Source of the DNA: a virus
Lineage: Duplodnaviria; Caudoviricetes
Virus record (IMG/VR): IMGVR_UViG_3300011242_000002
Span: 32,001 to 96,000 of that record
DNA: 64,000 nt
Reading direction: 5' to 3' (one strand)
A model generated the notes under the pieces. The model worked only from the letters and a program-made list of their open reading frames with translations. It was not told the DNA's origin and searched no databases. Each line of letters begins with the position of its first letter. The stretch's first letter is position 1. Below, piece by piece: positions 55,824 to 64,000 of the stretch. The translations under genes and the position numbers were made by a program.

Positions 55824-57548
55824 ATGAACGATACCGTATTTGACCCAACCGATAAGAAGTTAACCCTGAAAGACGATGAGAACCATGTTAGCCTGTGGTT
55901 CGGTGACGAGCTGTTGTCGCAGTGCGACGTGGAAGGCTGTGACCAGTGGACCGACAGTCGGAAGCTGGCGTACTTCTACCTGGAAGCGCGTGTGAACGAC
56001 GGCTGTATCTTAGAGCCCAAGTACAACGAAAGTATCTTCACGCTGATCCTGAACACGCTGAAGGCACAGACCGGTCAGGACGATTTTCTGACCGCCGACT
56101 GGCAGGGTGTGAGCTACGAGTGTGTTGACCACGAGACACCGCGGCCGGTGTACAGCACCTTTACTACCGCCGACGGGTATGACCTGACGGTGCGCTACAT
56201 GTCGCCGGGCGTAGCGTGGCGTGAAACCGTGGTACGCAGTGAAGACACTATCCCAACCGCTGAAGAAATGTACAACCAGCTGTTTAACGGCGCCGAGAAA
56301 GAGTGGGTCAGCAACGGGGTGATCACCCATGACGGCATGACCTACTCCTTTGACCAGGCTGCCAGTGCGCTGTTCACGGTGAACCGTCGCCTGCAGATTC
56401 GCGATGAAACCGGTAAGCTGATCTACGACGACGAAGACGTAAAGGGCTTGGGAATCGTTGATGCCGCGGCCAGCCTGCACCGCCAGATGCAGCTTGGGAT
56501 GTGGTATGGTGCAATTGCCGAGGTGCCGAACGAACTCAAGCTCACGCTGAGCAATAACGTGGCGCATCTGCTGCAGGACATGTTCGGGATGGGGGAATAC
56601 CTGGAGCTTGAAGACGGGGCGTCGCATTCCATTCGTGGCTCGGTGGATGATCTCCAATGCCTGATCAGCCACACTTATATGGCTGAGGCCAACAAGGTGC
56701 GTGCTGACTTCCGTTTCTTTACCAATACGCAACCCTGGTCGATCGAGTTCAGCGACAGCTTCAGCTTTGATGAACCACCGATGATAGTGGTTGATGTTTA
56801 TAACCGTCACCGCGCACAGATCCGTGGCGGCTTAGGGTTGGATCTCCCGGAGGCTGAAATTCACAGCCTGGGCGATATCCCATTCGAAAACCGTGACGTT
56901 GGCTATGAGCCGGTTATGCAGCCGTTCACCCCGGTAACCCCGGAAGAGGAGGCCGCTTACTATCAGGATGAAGAGGAGGACATGGCGGGTGACCCGCTGA
57001 TGGTTACCCAGGTGGTTGCCGTGGGTCCACGCGGCGGTATTGGCATGGGTAACGACCTGCTGTTCCGCATTAAAGAAGACCTGCGCTTCTTTAAACAGGT
57101 GACCACCGACCATGTGGTGATCATGGGACGCAAGACCTTTGAATCCATCGGTCGTCCATTACCAAATCGTCAGAACATTGTTGTCACCACCGACCCGGAA
57201 TACGTGCTGAACCTGTACACGCCGGAGAACGATCAGCAGTACGATAACCTGCACTGCGTCACCAGCATCGAGGAAGCAGTAATGCTCGGTGGGCGCTTGG
57301 CCATGGCGGTGTACGGCAACAACGAGCTGATGGTTATCGGTGGGGCCGGGATCTATCAGCAGTTCATGCCAATGACCCAGCGTATCCTGATGACCTCCAT
57401 CAGTAACGGCGATGATTCTCATGCCGACGTGTTCTATCCGTTAACCGGTGAAGACATCCAGCGTGAATGGTTTGCCTCCGTCATTAACAGCGCGCTGGAA
57501 GAAGACGGTCTGCAGTACGAGCGCTACGAGCTGACGCGTAAATCTTAA
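55824..57548 (+). CDS. folA: dihydrofolate reductase fused to an unknown N-terminal region of about 390 aa
   Basis: C-terminal IG.GNDL, EDLRFFK, VIMGRKTFESIGRPLPNRQNIVVT, VIGGAGIY, ADVFYP. Confidence 0.9.
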   Translation: MNDTVFDPTDKKLTLKDDENHVSLWFGDELLSQCDVEGCDQWTDSRKLAYFYLEARVNDGCILEPKYNESIFTLILNTLKAQTGQDDFLTADWQGVSYECVDHETPRPVYSTFTTADGYDLTVRYMSPGVAWRETVVRSEDTIPTAEEMYNQLFNGAEKEWVSNGVITHDGMTYSFDQAASALFTVNRRLQIRDETGKLIYDDEDVKGLGIVDAAASLHRQMQLGMWYGAIAEVPNELKLTLSNNVAHLLQDMFGMGEYLELEDGASHSIRGSVDDLQCLISHTYMAEANKVRADFRFFTNTQPWSIEFSDSFSFDEPPMIVVDVYNRHRAQIRGGLGLDLPEAEIHSLGDIPFENRDVGYEPVMQPFTPVTPEEEAAYYQDEEEDMAGDPLMVTQVVAVGPRGGIGMGNDLLFRIKEDLRFFKQVTTDHVVIMGRKTFESIGRPLPNRQNIVVTTDPEYVLNLYTPENDQQYDNLHCVTSIEEAVMLGGRLAMAVYGNNELMVIGGAGIYQQFMPMTQRILMTSISNGDDSHADVFYPLTGEDIQREWFASVINSALEEDGLQYERYELTRKS

Positions 57549-57592
57549 TTGTAAATCAGGGGTGGTCACACCACCCCGCAAAGAGGTATCTC

Positions 57593-58207
57593 ATGACTAA
57601 ACCCGTTGAAACACCCGCTGTTGTAAAAACATTTACCGGTAACCCTTTTGAGCTGCAGGCGAAAACTAATGCGCTAATGCTGCTTGGCAACAACACCGTA
57701 CAGCTTAACGGCAACTACGTGCTGGAGAACTTCCTGCACGATGGTAACGAACGTGCCCGATTGATCGAAGCGTACAAGAGTGCCAACATGATCACGCTGG
57801 AAGCAGCGCTCGGGGAAGACGGTCGCCCGCTCACCCAGAAAGGCGCGCCCATCCTCTTAACCGAATACCCAAACGTCCCGTACGACCCGCGTAAGATGGG
57901 ACGCATGGTGGTGATTGATCGCAATCGCCTGATCATCATCGGGACACACTACCACAACTCAAAGCACGTGTTGTTCAGCTACGGCAAGTTTAAGCAGGCG
58001 CTGACCGAATACTGTCAGCTGGCAGCATTGCAGAACCGTCGTCAGGATCCGGTGATCATTCCGATGCCGGGACTTGACTGTGAATACGTGCTTGAGCCTA
58101 CCGACAGCGGCTACATGCTACGCTCGGATCACGTGGCGGCAATCACCAACATCATCGCCAACACGATGTTCCCTGAGGCCGACGTGACCCTGGTCACCCC
58201 TGCATAA
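57593..58207 (+). CDS. degenerate macro-domain-like protein
   Basis: VKTFTGNPF...ALMLLGNNTV.LNG and VIIPMPG patterns. Confidence 0.5.
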   Translation: MTKPVETPAVVKTFTGNPFELQAKTNALMLLGNNTVQLNGNYVLENFLHDGNERARLIEAYKSANMITLEAALGEDGRPLTQKGAPILLTEYPNVPYDPRKMGRMVVIDRNRLIIIGTHYHNSKHVLFSYGKFKQALTEYCQLAALQNRRQDPVIIPMPGLDCEYVLEPTDSGYMLRSDHVAAITNIIANTMFPEADVTLVTPA

Positions 58208-58220
58208 TCTGGAGGCTGGT

Positions 58221-58619
58221 ATGTTGAACCGTGTTGTGCAGGTGGCTACGCCCTACGGAAGTCGTGAAGTCGTGATCATTCCAGCCTGGGATAAATTCAT
58301 TAAGCAGGTGCTTGTACTCAATGGCGCGGCCGCTATTCCAGATAAACACGATCGCTATCTGCTGGATCAGGGGATTCGTAATCGCATCCCCAGTTCAGCT
58401 GGTCGGGCGGTAAAAACCATTGAAGCCTTTATGAGCGATTGGCTTAACCAACCCGAGCACCGTAAGACCCTCGAGGGGCGCATTAAGACCAACCCGCTGC
58501 TAAGTGATGTCCACCTCCTGGTGGGTAAACCTAAGCAAGACGGCAGCGTGAGCGTTTCGCTGGCAACCCGCAAAGGTTTTATTGTGGTAACCTTCCCCGC
58601 CGATCGTTTCAGTGCCTAA
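58221..58619 (+). CDS. hypothetical protein
   Basis: GGAGG SD. Confidence 0.7.
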   Translation: MLNRVVQVATPYGSREVVIIPAWDKFIKQVLVLNGAAAIPDKHDRYLLDQGIRNRIPSSAGRAVKTIEAFMSDWLNQPEHRKTLEGRIKTNPLLSDVHLLVGKPKQDGSVSVSLATRKGFIVVTFPADRFSA

Positions 58620-58659
58620 CCCTCTTATTAACCCGTTGTGACTTAAAAGGACCATCCTC

Positions 58660-58965
58660 ATGACCCTGAAGAAAACCGTAACCGCCGAAACCATTGAACA
58701 AGGTATCCTGGAAATGGAAGGCATCCGTGTGATCCTGCGCATCGGTGCGAAGAAAAAGGTAGCCTACCAAAGCTACGCCGGGCGCTTTGGCAAGCGTTGT
58801 CCAAAGACCAGCAATATCAGCGTGCTGCGCAAGCGCGTGGCCGAAATGGTGGGGCCGGACATCGAAGTCGAAATTGTTGACGGTACCGGCTCGACGGTAA
58901 ACGGCAATACCAAGATCGGTACCCTGCGTGAAGCCTATACCGTGGCCTTTCGCGTCGCGGCATAA
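58660..58965 (+). CDS. small basic hypothetical protein
   Basis: AAGGA SD; EGIRV...VEIVDGTG...GNTKIGTLREAY. Confidence 0.75.
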   Translation: MTLKKTVTAETIEQGILEMEGIRVILRIGAKKKVAYQSYAGRFGKRCPKTSNISVLRKRVAEMVGPDIEVEIVDGTGSTVNGNTKIGTLREAYTVAFRVAA

Positions 58966-58970
58966 TCGAA

Positions 58971-59038
58971 CAGCATAAAAGAGACCCGGCCTCCCTAAGG
59001 GGAAGCTGGGCTCTTGTTTTATGCCGATCTTTTTTTTT
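58971..59038. terminator. bidirectional hairpin flanked by CAGCATAA...TTATGCCG
   Basis: aagag-cccggc...gctggg-ctctt between convergent genes. Confidence 0.8.
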
Positions 59039-59913
59039 TAGCTGAAGTCAAGCTCGTAGATGACGTTGGCGGTCATGCTGCTTCCCAATCCCGGACTAAT
59101 GGGGTTGGACATGAGGTTATACTGCAGCGCCGCCATACCAGTTGCGCTTTGATATCCCAGCAACACGCTGCCGGTGTTAGTGGACGTTATGCTGTCATCG
59201 GCAAAACGACCGCTGCCTTTAAACCACCTGCCGTCTTCAGCCTTCACATCCCAGTTAACGTGGCACATGATCTGTGCGCACAGCTCACTCTTTAACTTGG
59301 TAGCGTCACCAGCAAGCGTAACTGTATCGCCCAGATCCAACACCGTCGAGCAACGCGGGATCCGTACTTTAAACCCGTAATTGCCCTTGTCTACCGTCAG
59401 GATGGGGCTGGCGTTATTACCAAATGCTTTCATTAACTTATAGTTAACCAGCTCGGTGGTAGAAAACACCCCGATTACCGCATTCGGAACGTAGATGATC
59501 TTCCCACCCACTATGAACTTACGCCAGACCGTCGGAGTGTCATTGCCTTTGGTGAAACCGCCAGCGGCAGCCACCTCGCTAAAGGTGGGGAGTAGCGACA
59601 TGTCAGTCGTAACCTCACCAAAATACCCGAACTCCCAATCCCCCATTCGAAGCTTCTTCGGGCCAGGCCCGCTATCGGAGAAGTGCCCGACCGGTGTCAG
59701 TGCACCATAGGTCTCTGCAGTGCCCAATACCGACGATACCTGATACCAGTACACCACGTTGCTCATCGGCATGGTGGTATCCTCGTAGCTCAACGCATCA
59801 CCCGGCAGGGTTGCAATCAGGGTTAGGCTGCCGCCCTTCGTGTTTGACCGATAAACCTTAATCGCATCCAACGGCACTGTCCCCCGGTTTACCCAGGCTA
59901 ATTTCACACCCAT
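59038..59913 (-). CDS. virion structural protein, paralogue family
   Basis: FN3-like N-terminus followed by GPGPKKLRMGDWEFGYFGEV. Confidence 0.75.
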   Translation of the reverse strand: MGVKLAWVNRGTVPLDAIKVYRSNTKGGSLTLIATLPGDALSYEDTTMPMSNVVYWYQVSSVLGTAETYGALTPVGHFSDSGPGPKKLRMGDWEFGYFGEVTTDMSLLPTFSEVAAAGGFTKGNDTPTVWRKFIVGGKIIYVPNAVIGVFSTTELVNYKLMKAFGNNASPILTVDKGNYGFKVRIPRCSTVLDLGDTVTLAGDATKLKSELCAQIMCHVNWDVKAEDGRWFKGSGRFADDSITSTNTGSVLLGYQSATGMAALQYNLMSNPISPGLGSSMTANVIYELDFS

Positions 59914-59925
59914 GTAAACCTCCGA

Positions 59926-60825
59926 TTAAAACAGCAGCTCAAGCACCAGCAGCACCTTACCGTTAGTGCCAGCTTCAGCGACTACGGTATTGCTATTAAT
60001 GGTCGCCACAAAGTACCTGCCTGCCGATGTGTATCGCCCAGTCGACCAAGGAACGTTGGTCCAGCCATTGGTGGCGAGATCATTAAGGCGGTATTTGGCG
60101 AAGCTGGTCGCGCCAGGGGTAGGTGGGACGGTGGGTAGCACTGATGCAGAGCCAAATAACGCAAACAGCATTCCTAATTCGCTTGCGTAGATGTCGTTAG
60201 GGTTGGCAAGGGCTGCGGTAACGTCCCCGGTGGTGGCATGCGCAAGACGCGCAACGTAGTCGTACCCGTTCTTATTGGCCAGAATCCCATTAATGTCATA
60301 ATCGCCAGCCGGCATAATTACTTTACTGTTAATAAGAGAGGTAGGTGCATATCCAGCCGTGCTGTACACGTTATCCGGAATAAACACAATGCGACCACCA
60401 ACGATGCACTTATGATACACGCCAATCACGGTGGAGGTGGGTGCGATCGCGTTTGCCCCTGCCGCAGTAAGCATGGCGGCGTAGATATCTTGGTTAGTCA
60501 GCAGCTCGCTCACCGCCACCTCACCAAAGTAACCGAAGGTCCAGTCGCCGCGCAGCAGCTTGGTCGGCCCCGGACCGGTATCCGGGTAGTAGCCAATTTG
60601 GATCTGGTCGGAGTACGTCACCGTGCCGTCGGCTTTAGTCGCACCCACCACGATGTAGTACACGGTGTTATTCACCGATGTCGGGTAGACGTACGATTGC
60701 TGGTCCGGGGTAAGTTCCACTTTGTCAGCCGGCAGCGCGGCAAGGTCAACCTTACTGCCAGCGTTACGGTACAGCACATACCCGGTGGCGTCTTGCACCG
60801 GCTTCCAGTTTACGGTCACTCCCAT
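59926..60825 (-). CDS. virion structural protein, paralogue family
   Basis: GPGPTKLLRGDWTFGYFGEV. Confidence 0.75.
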   Translation of the reverse strand: MGVTVNWKPVQDATGYVLYRNAGSKVDLAALPADKVELTPDQQSYVYPTSVNNTVYYIVVGATKADGTVTYSDQIQIGYYPDTGPGPTKLLRGDWTFGYFGEVAVSELLTNQDIYAAMLTAAGANAIAPTSTVIGVYHKCIVGGRIVFIPDNVYSTAGYAPTSLINSKVIMPAGDYDINGILANKNGYDYVARLAHATTGDVTAALANPNDIYASELGMLFALFGSASVLPTVPPTPGATSFAKYRLNDLATNGWTNVPWSTGRYTSAGRYFVATINSNTVVAEAGTNGKVLLVLELLF

Positions 60826-60826
60826 C

Positions 60827-61735
60827 TTACACCTCCACCAGTTCTAACACCGGCCACCATCCGTAGGTGTTGTGTGCGGCGTCAAGTGGGTTAAAAGTTG
60901 CACCGGTTAACCTGGTGCGCTCTGTTGTATTAAATGCGGCAAACCAGCGCGTAAACGCCTTGTCGCCTTCCAGCCCTTTTTCTGCCACGAGCACAGATTG
61001 CCCGTTCGTGCTGTAGGCCAGGTTGCTTACGGTCTGCTGCAGCCAGTTCGGCATACGCTGCGTAGGCGGGGTCGCGGCCACCATGGGATAGACGAAGTCA
61101 TTGAACTCACAGGTCTGGGTGTAAGCCGTGGTGTCAAAGGTGCTCAGGGCTTTTGACGGCAGTGCGATACCGCTGTCGCTCTCGCTCCAGCCGCGCATTG
61201 CCCGTACCTTCCAGTTAAATCCACCGATGTTCACCGTCACGCCGTTAATCAGCCCTTTGGCCTCAAGCAGATTGTAATACAGGTTACCGTAACCCAGGAT
61301 CTTTTCCGGCACCATATACACCTTGCCCCGACGCGCGTATTTGTACCAGTATTGGTGAGGCTGTGGGGCACTGATCGGTGAACCCACCAGGGTGTTGAGG
61401 TTAGCGGCTGAAATAAAGGAATCGGCCGGCAGTACGTCGTACAATCCAAGTTCACGATCACCGTACTGTAAAATGTTGGAGCCCGGACCACGCGTTTCTG
61501 CGGCCTGCATCTTTTGGTTGCGTGAGATAACGGTTTCCGATCCGTTGGTGGTTTTAAACACGTAGTAATAAACGGCACCCTGTACGGCGGTCAGGTCAAC
61601 GTAGCTGGTTTCCCCGTTGGATAACATTGCCAAGGGCGCAGGCAACGCCGTGCGGTCTAAAGGGCTGGTGCCGCGATAAATCGTTACCGTGACGGGCTGG
61701 GTATTGCGGTTAACCCAGTTAAGCTTAATGGACAT
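60827..61735 (-). CDS. virion structural protein, paralogue family
   Basis: GPGSNILQYGDRELGLY...GWWPVLELV. Confidence 0.75.
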   Translation of the reverse strand: MSIKLNWVNRNTQPVTVTIYRGTSPLDRTALPAPLAMLSNGETSYVDLTAVQGAVYYYVFKTTNGSETVISRNQKMQAAETRGPGSNILQYGDRELGLYDVLPADSFISAANLNTLVGSPISAPQPHQYWYKYARRGKVYMVPEKILGYGNLYYNLLEAKGLINGVTVNIGGFNWKVRAMRGWSESDSGIALPSKALSTFDTTAYTQTCEFNDFVYPMVAATPPTQRMPNWLQQTVSNLAYSTNGQSVLVAEKGLEGDKAFTRWFAAFNTTERTRLTGATFNPLDAAHNTYGWWPVLELVEV

Positions 61736-61796
61736 ACTGACTCCTGTTACTCGGTAAATTTCAAATCGGACAAAACTACGGGCGCGAACTGATGGC

Positions 61797-62843
61797 TTAG
61801 CTAACCGTTACGCGGGGTTGTTCGGCCATTAAGGTGACATAGGGGTTTATCACACCGCTGACCGGCTCAACCACTGCTGAGCGTATAACCGGCACGGCAG
61901 ATGTGTTGGCGACAGTCAGCTGGTTAACTTGTGATTTCAACAGGTCAGTTTCCGCGCTGGCGCTAAACGACGCACCGACCACACAACGCACGTCAGTAAC
62001 ATTTACAATCCCGCCCGTTGACTCGCCCATCGGGGCAGACAGGTCCACGGCGAGTGGCGGTGGCAGACTGGCAGAGACGTCAGTAACCCCCAGCACGTGA
62101 AGATCCGGGTTAACGTACTCCAGCACTGGCCACCATCCGTAATTAGCAGCCTTGGCGGTCTTACCTACCCCAGTGTACCCCACACTACCGGGTTTAGATG
62201 TTGTGCCAATCCCAACCAGGGTGTTGGTTGTCGCACCTGACTGTGAGGTTTTCATGAGGTGGTAACTTGAAGTAGCGAAGATACCTGATGAGATGGAATC
62301 CCACTTCCCGGTACCAAACCCTACCCCCTGCGCAATCACCTTAGTGAGCAGCTCTGCAATTTCACCGGCCATTGATGACTCGGCCACCGCCGGTGAGTTA
62401 GGGTCTGTTGAGCCGGCTGCAGGTAACCGCACCACAAAACCCGCTGGTTTAGATTCCAGGGTTTTTGCAATCACGGTACGTTGGTTAACTGGGCTACCCA
62501 CGGGCGAGGGAAACGACCCGTTGTCATCCGTACCGTATACAATCCCGGCCTGGTACAGATCCTCCCAGCTCAGCATCTGCGGATAGTAATGCATAGGCTG
62601 CGTGGGAATATATACCGTACTGCCCTGGTAGCTGAATTTGCACCACAGCAGGCTGGAATCGGCATTGGGTGCTGTGGCCTGAATCCCCACGTTATTGAAC
62701 ATCTCGGTGGGAGTAAACAACTCTGCCGGGGTGAGCGTGCCGTAATACCCTAACTGGCTGGTGCCGGCCTGCAGTATTTTGGGCCCCGGTCCGGAATTAG
62801 GGTACGCCGGCCTACCGCCGCCGGCAACAAGCATTTCTAACAT
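61797..62843 (-). CDS. virion structural protein, paralogue family
   Basis: GGAGG SD before ATG 62843; GPGPKILQAGTSQLGYYG...GWWPVLEYV. Confidence 0.75.
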   Translation of the reverse strand: MLEMLVAGGGRPAYPNSGPGPKILQAGTSQLGYYGTLTPAELFTPTEMFNNVGIQATAPNADSSLLWCKFSYQGSTVYIPTQPMHYYPQMLSWEDLYQAGIVYGTDDNGSFPSPVGSPVNQRTVIAKTLESKPAGFVVRLPAAGSTDPNSPAVAESSMAGEIAELLTKVIAQGVGFGTGKWDSISSGIFATSSYHLMKTSQSGATTNTLVGIGTTSKPGSVGYTGVGKTAKAANYGWWPVLEYVNPDLHVLGVTDVSASLPPPLAVDLSAPMGESTGGIVNVTDVRCVVGASFSASAETDLLKSQVNQLTVANTSAVPVIRSAVVEPVSGVINPYVTLMAEQPRVTVS

Positions 62844-62883
62844 AACACCTCCATCGGGTAAACAGACTTCCTTGTCCTTATAA

Positions 62884-63999
62884 TCACCACTCCAGGGCTT
62901 TGCTGCGCGGTGGGCTAACGCTGGTTGGTGGATCCAGAACAATCACACCCACCTCTTCCATGTGGTCGTACAACGCTTCGTTACCGGCAGACAAGAAGCC
63001 TTCCTCCACGTCAAACGGTGGTTGGTCATCCAGACCTTCGGTACCAGCAGCTATCTCCACGTCCGGGACGTTAACGGTGGAACCGTAACGGTCATAACCC
63101 ATCAGCTGATCGACCTGGTCACGTGACCAGTTCATGATGTCTTCTGAACGGGTGGAGATGTTCGGGGCGGTGCCAGTGTCCAGCACGAAGTTATTGACGT
63201 ACACCGGGCTGGTTTGTCCCAGTCGGTGCATACGCGCCATCGCCTGCTTGTAATGGTGGAAGCGGAACGGTTTGTTCAACATCATCCCGTTATTGGCTTC
63301 GGTCAACGGCACGGCTTCGGCCAGGGAACGGAAGGTGGCGATAAGCGGGTTAATGTCGTCGTTGGCGCGGTAGTCCTTGACAATGTTGACCAGCTCATTG
63401 TTGGTGTCGCCGTACACCACCACCGGGAAGTACCCGGCTGCCTTACACAGCGAACGCGTCTCTTCTAACACCGGAATGAAGTCGGTAAAGATCAGCGTTT
63501 TCTTTTCGGCGTTATCGATGTACTGCTGGAACGGGATGTGGCGCGCCATATCGACGTGACACTGGGTGCGCTCTTTGCCAAGGATACGGCCCAGACATTC
63601 ACCCTTGATCTTCAGGTCGACGTACTTGATCACCGAGCGGGCATCCTTAAACGGCGCCTTCAGCGATTCCGGTAACGACGGGATAATCACCGTCAGCTCG
63701 TAGTTGTTACAGAACTTGGATTCTTCCGCCATGGTCTGGCCGTCAAAGCCGTACTTCTGGAACATCGCCACGTTGGCCTGGTACTGCTTAAACTGCTGAT
63801 GATCAAACGGCGTGCGCAGATCACGTTTGTGACACGCCATGGCATCGTCATAGATGCGCTGGTAGGTCGGGCGGTTCTTGGTGTAGAACTCAAAGCGCTC
63901 CTTCACGAAGGCGGTCATCAGATTCCCGATGGCCTCCAGGGTATAGCGCTCGCCGCCGGGGATCTTGATCTTCACCGTCGCTTCAATTGGTTTGTCCGA
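62884..63999 (-). CDS. SF2 (SNF2/DEAD-like) helicase, C-terminal part, truncated by the window edge
   Basis: KTLIFTDF, PLIATFRSLAEAVPLTEAN, motif VI QAMARMHRLGQ; frame open to the window end. Confidence 0.85.
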   Translation of the reverse strand, partial: SDKPIEATVKIKIPGGERYTLEAIGNLMTAFVKERFEFYTKNRPTYQRIYDDAMACHKRDLRTPFDHQQFKQYQANVAMFQKYGFDGQTMAEESKFCNNYELTVIIPSLPESLKAPFKDARSVIKYVDLKIKGECLGRILGKERTQCHVDMARHIPFQQYIDNAEKKTLIFTDFIPVLEETRSLCKAAGYFPVVVYGDTNNELVNIVKDYRANDDINPLIATFRSLAEAVPLTEANNGMMLNKPFRFHHYKQAMARMHRLGQTSPVYVNNFVLDTGTAPNISTRSEDIMNWSRDQVDQLMGYDRYGSTVNVPDVEIAAGTEGLDDQPPFDVEEGFLSAGNEALYDHMEEVGVIVLDPPTSVSPPRSKALEW

Positions 64000-64000
64000 C

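Noticed and set aside
1-64000. CRISPR array, diversity-generating retroelement or stop-codon reassignment
   Set aside because: I saw no regularly spaced repeats, reverse transcriptase or template/variable repeat pair, and conserved genes are intact under the standard code with all three stops in use.

Overview
This 64-kb window looks like part of a phiKZ-like jumbo myophage genome (probably Chimalliviridae, although chimallin is not in the window). The host is probably an enterobacterium, judged from a captured ygiB. Genes are densely packed and mostly on the + strand. Virion genes sit mainly at the ends: a tail fibre and HxH-tipped baseplate spike on the left, four tandem GPGP...GY(F/Y)G paralogues on the right, and Kelch-like and LamG-like proteins near 49-51 kb. 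DNA and nucleotide metabolism genes include SbcC, a DEDDh exonuclease, ThyA, Tdk, a DHFR fusion, HAD, HD and MazG hydrolases, and an SF2 helicase. There are also a signal-peptide lytic transglycosylase, a QueC-like PP-loop enzyme, PnuC, HslU, Lar-like and NinX-like proteins, and about 60 hypothetical genes. Three recurring non-coding signals are visible: a CTAYATTAC-N5-TG early-promoter motif (8 copies), an ACCYGT box next to ribosome-binding sites (about 20 copies), and hairpins followed by TTATGCYG that appear as inverted pairs at convergent gene junctions. The most intriguing candidates are a stand-alone protein ending in an NrdA-like CxxxxC-KI redox tail, an ORF-free structured region of about 200 nt with its own terminator, two apparently inactive prohead-protease-like domains (one fused to MazG), a free-standing LigA domain Ia, and tandem minimal P-loop proteins. 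All family calls come from motif recognition by eye; no database searches were run.
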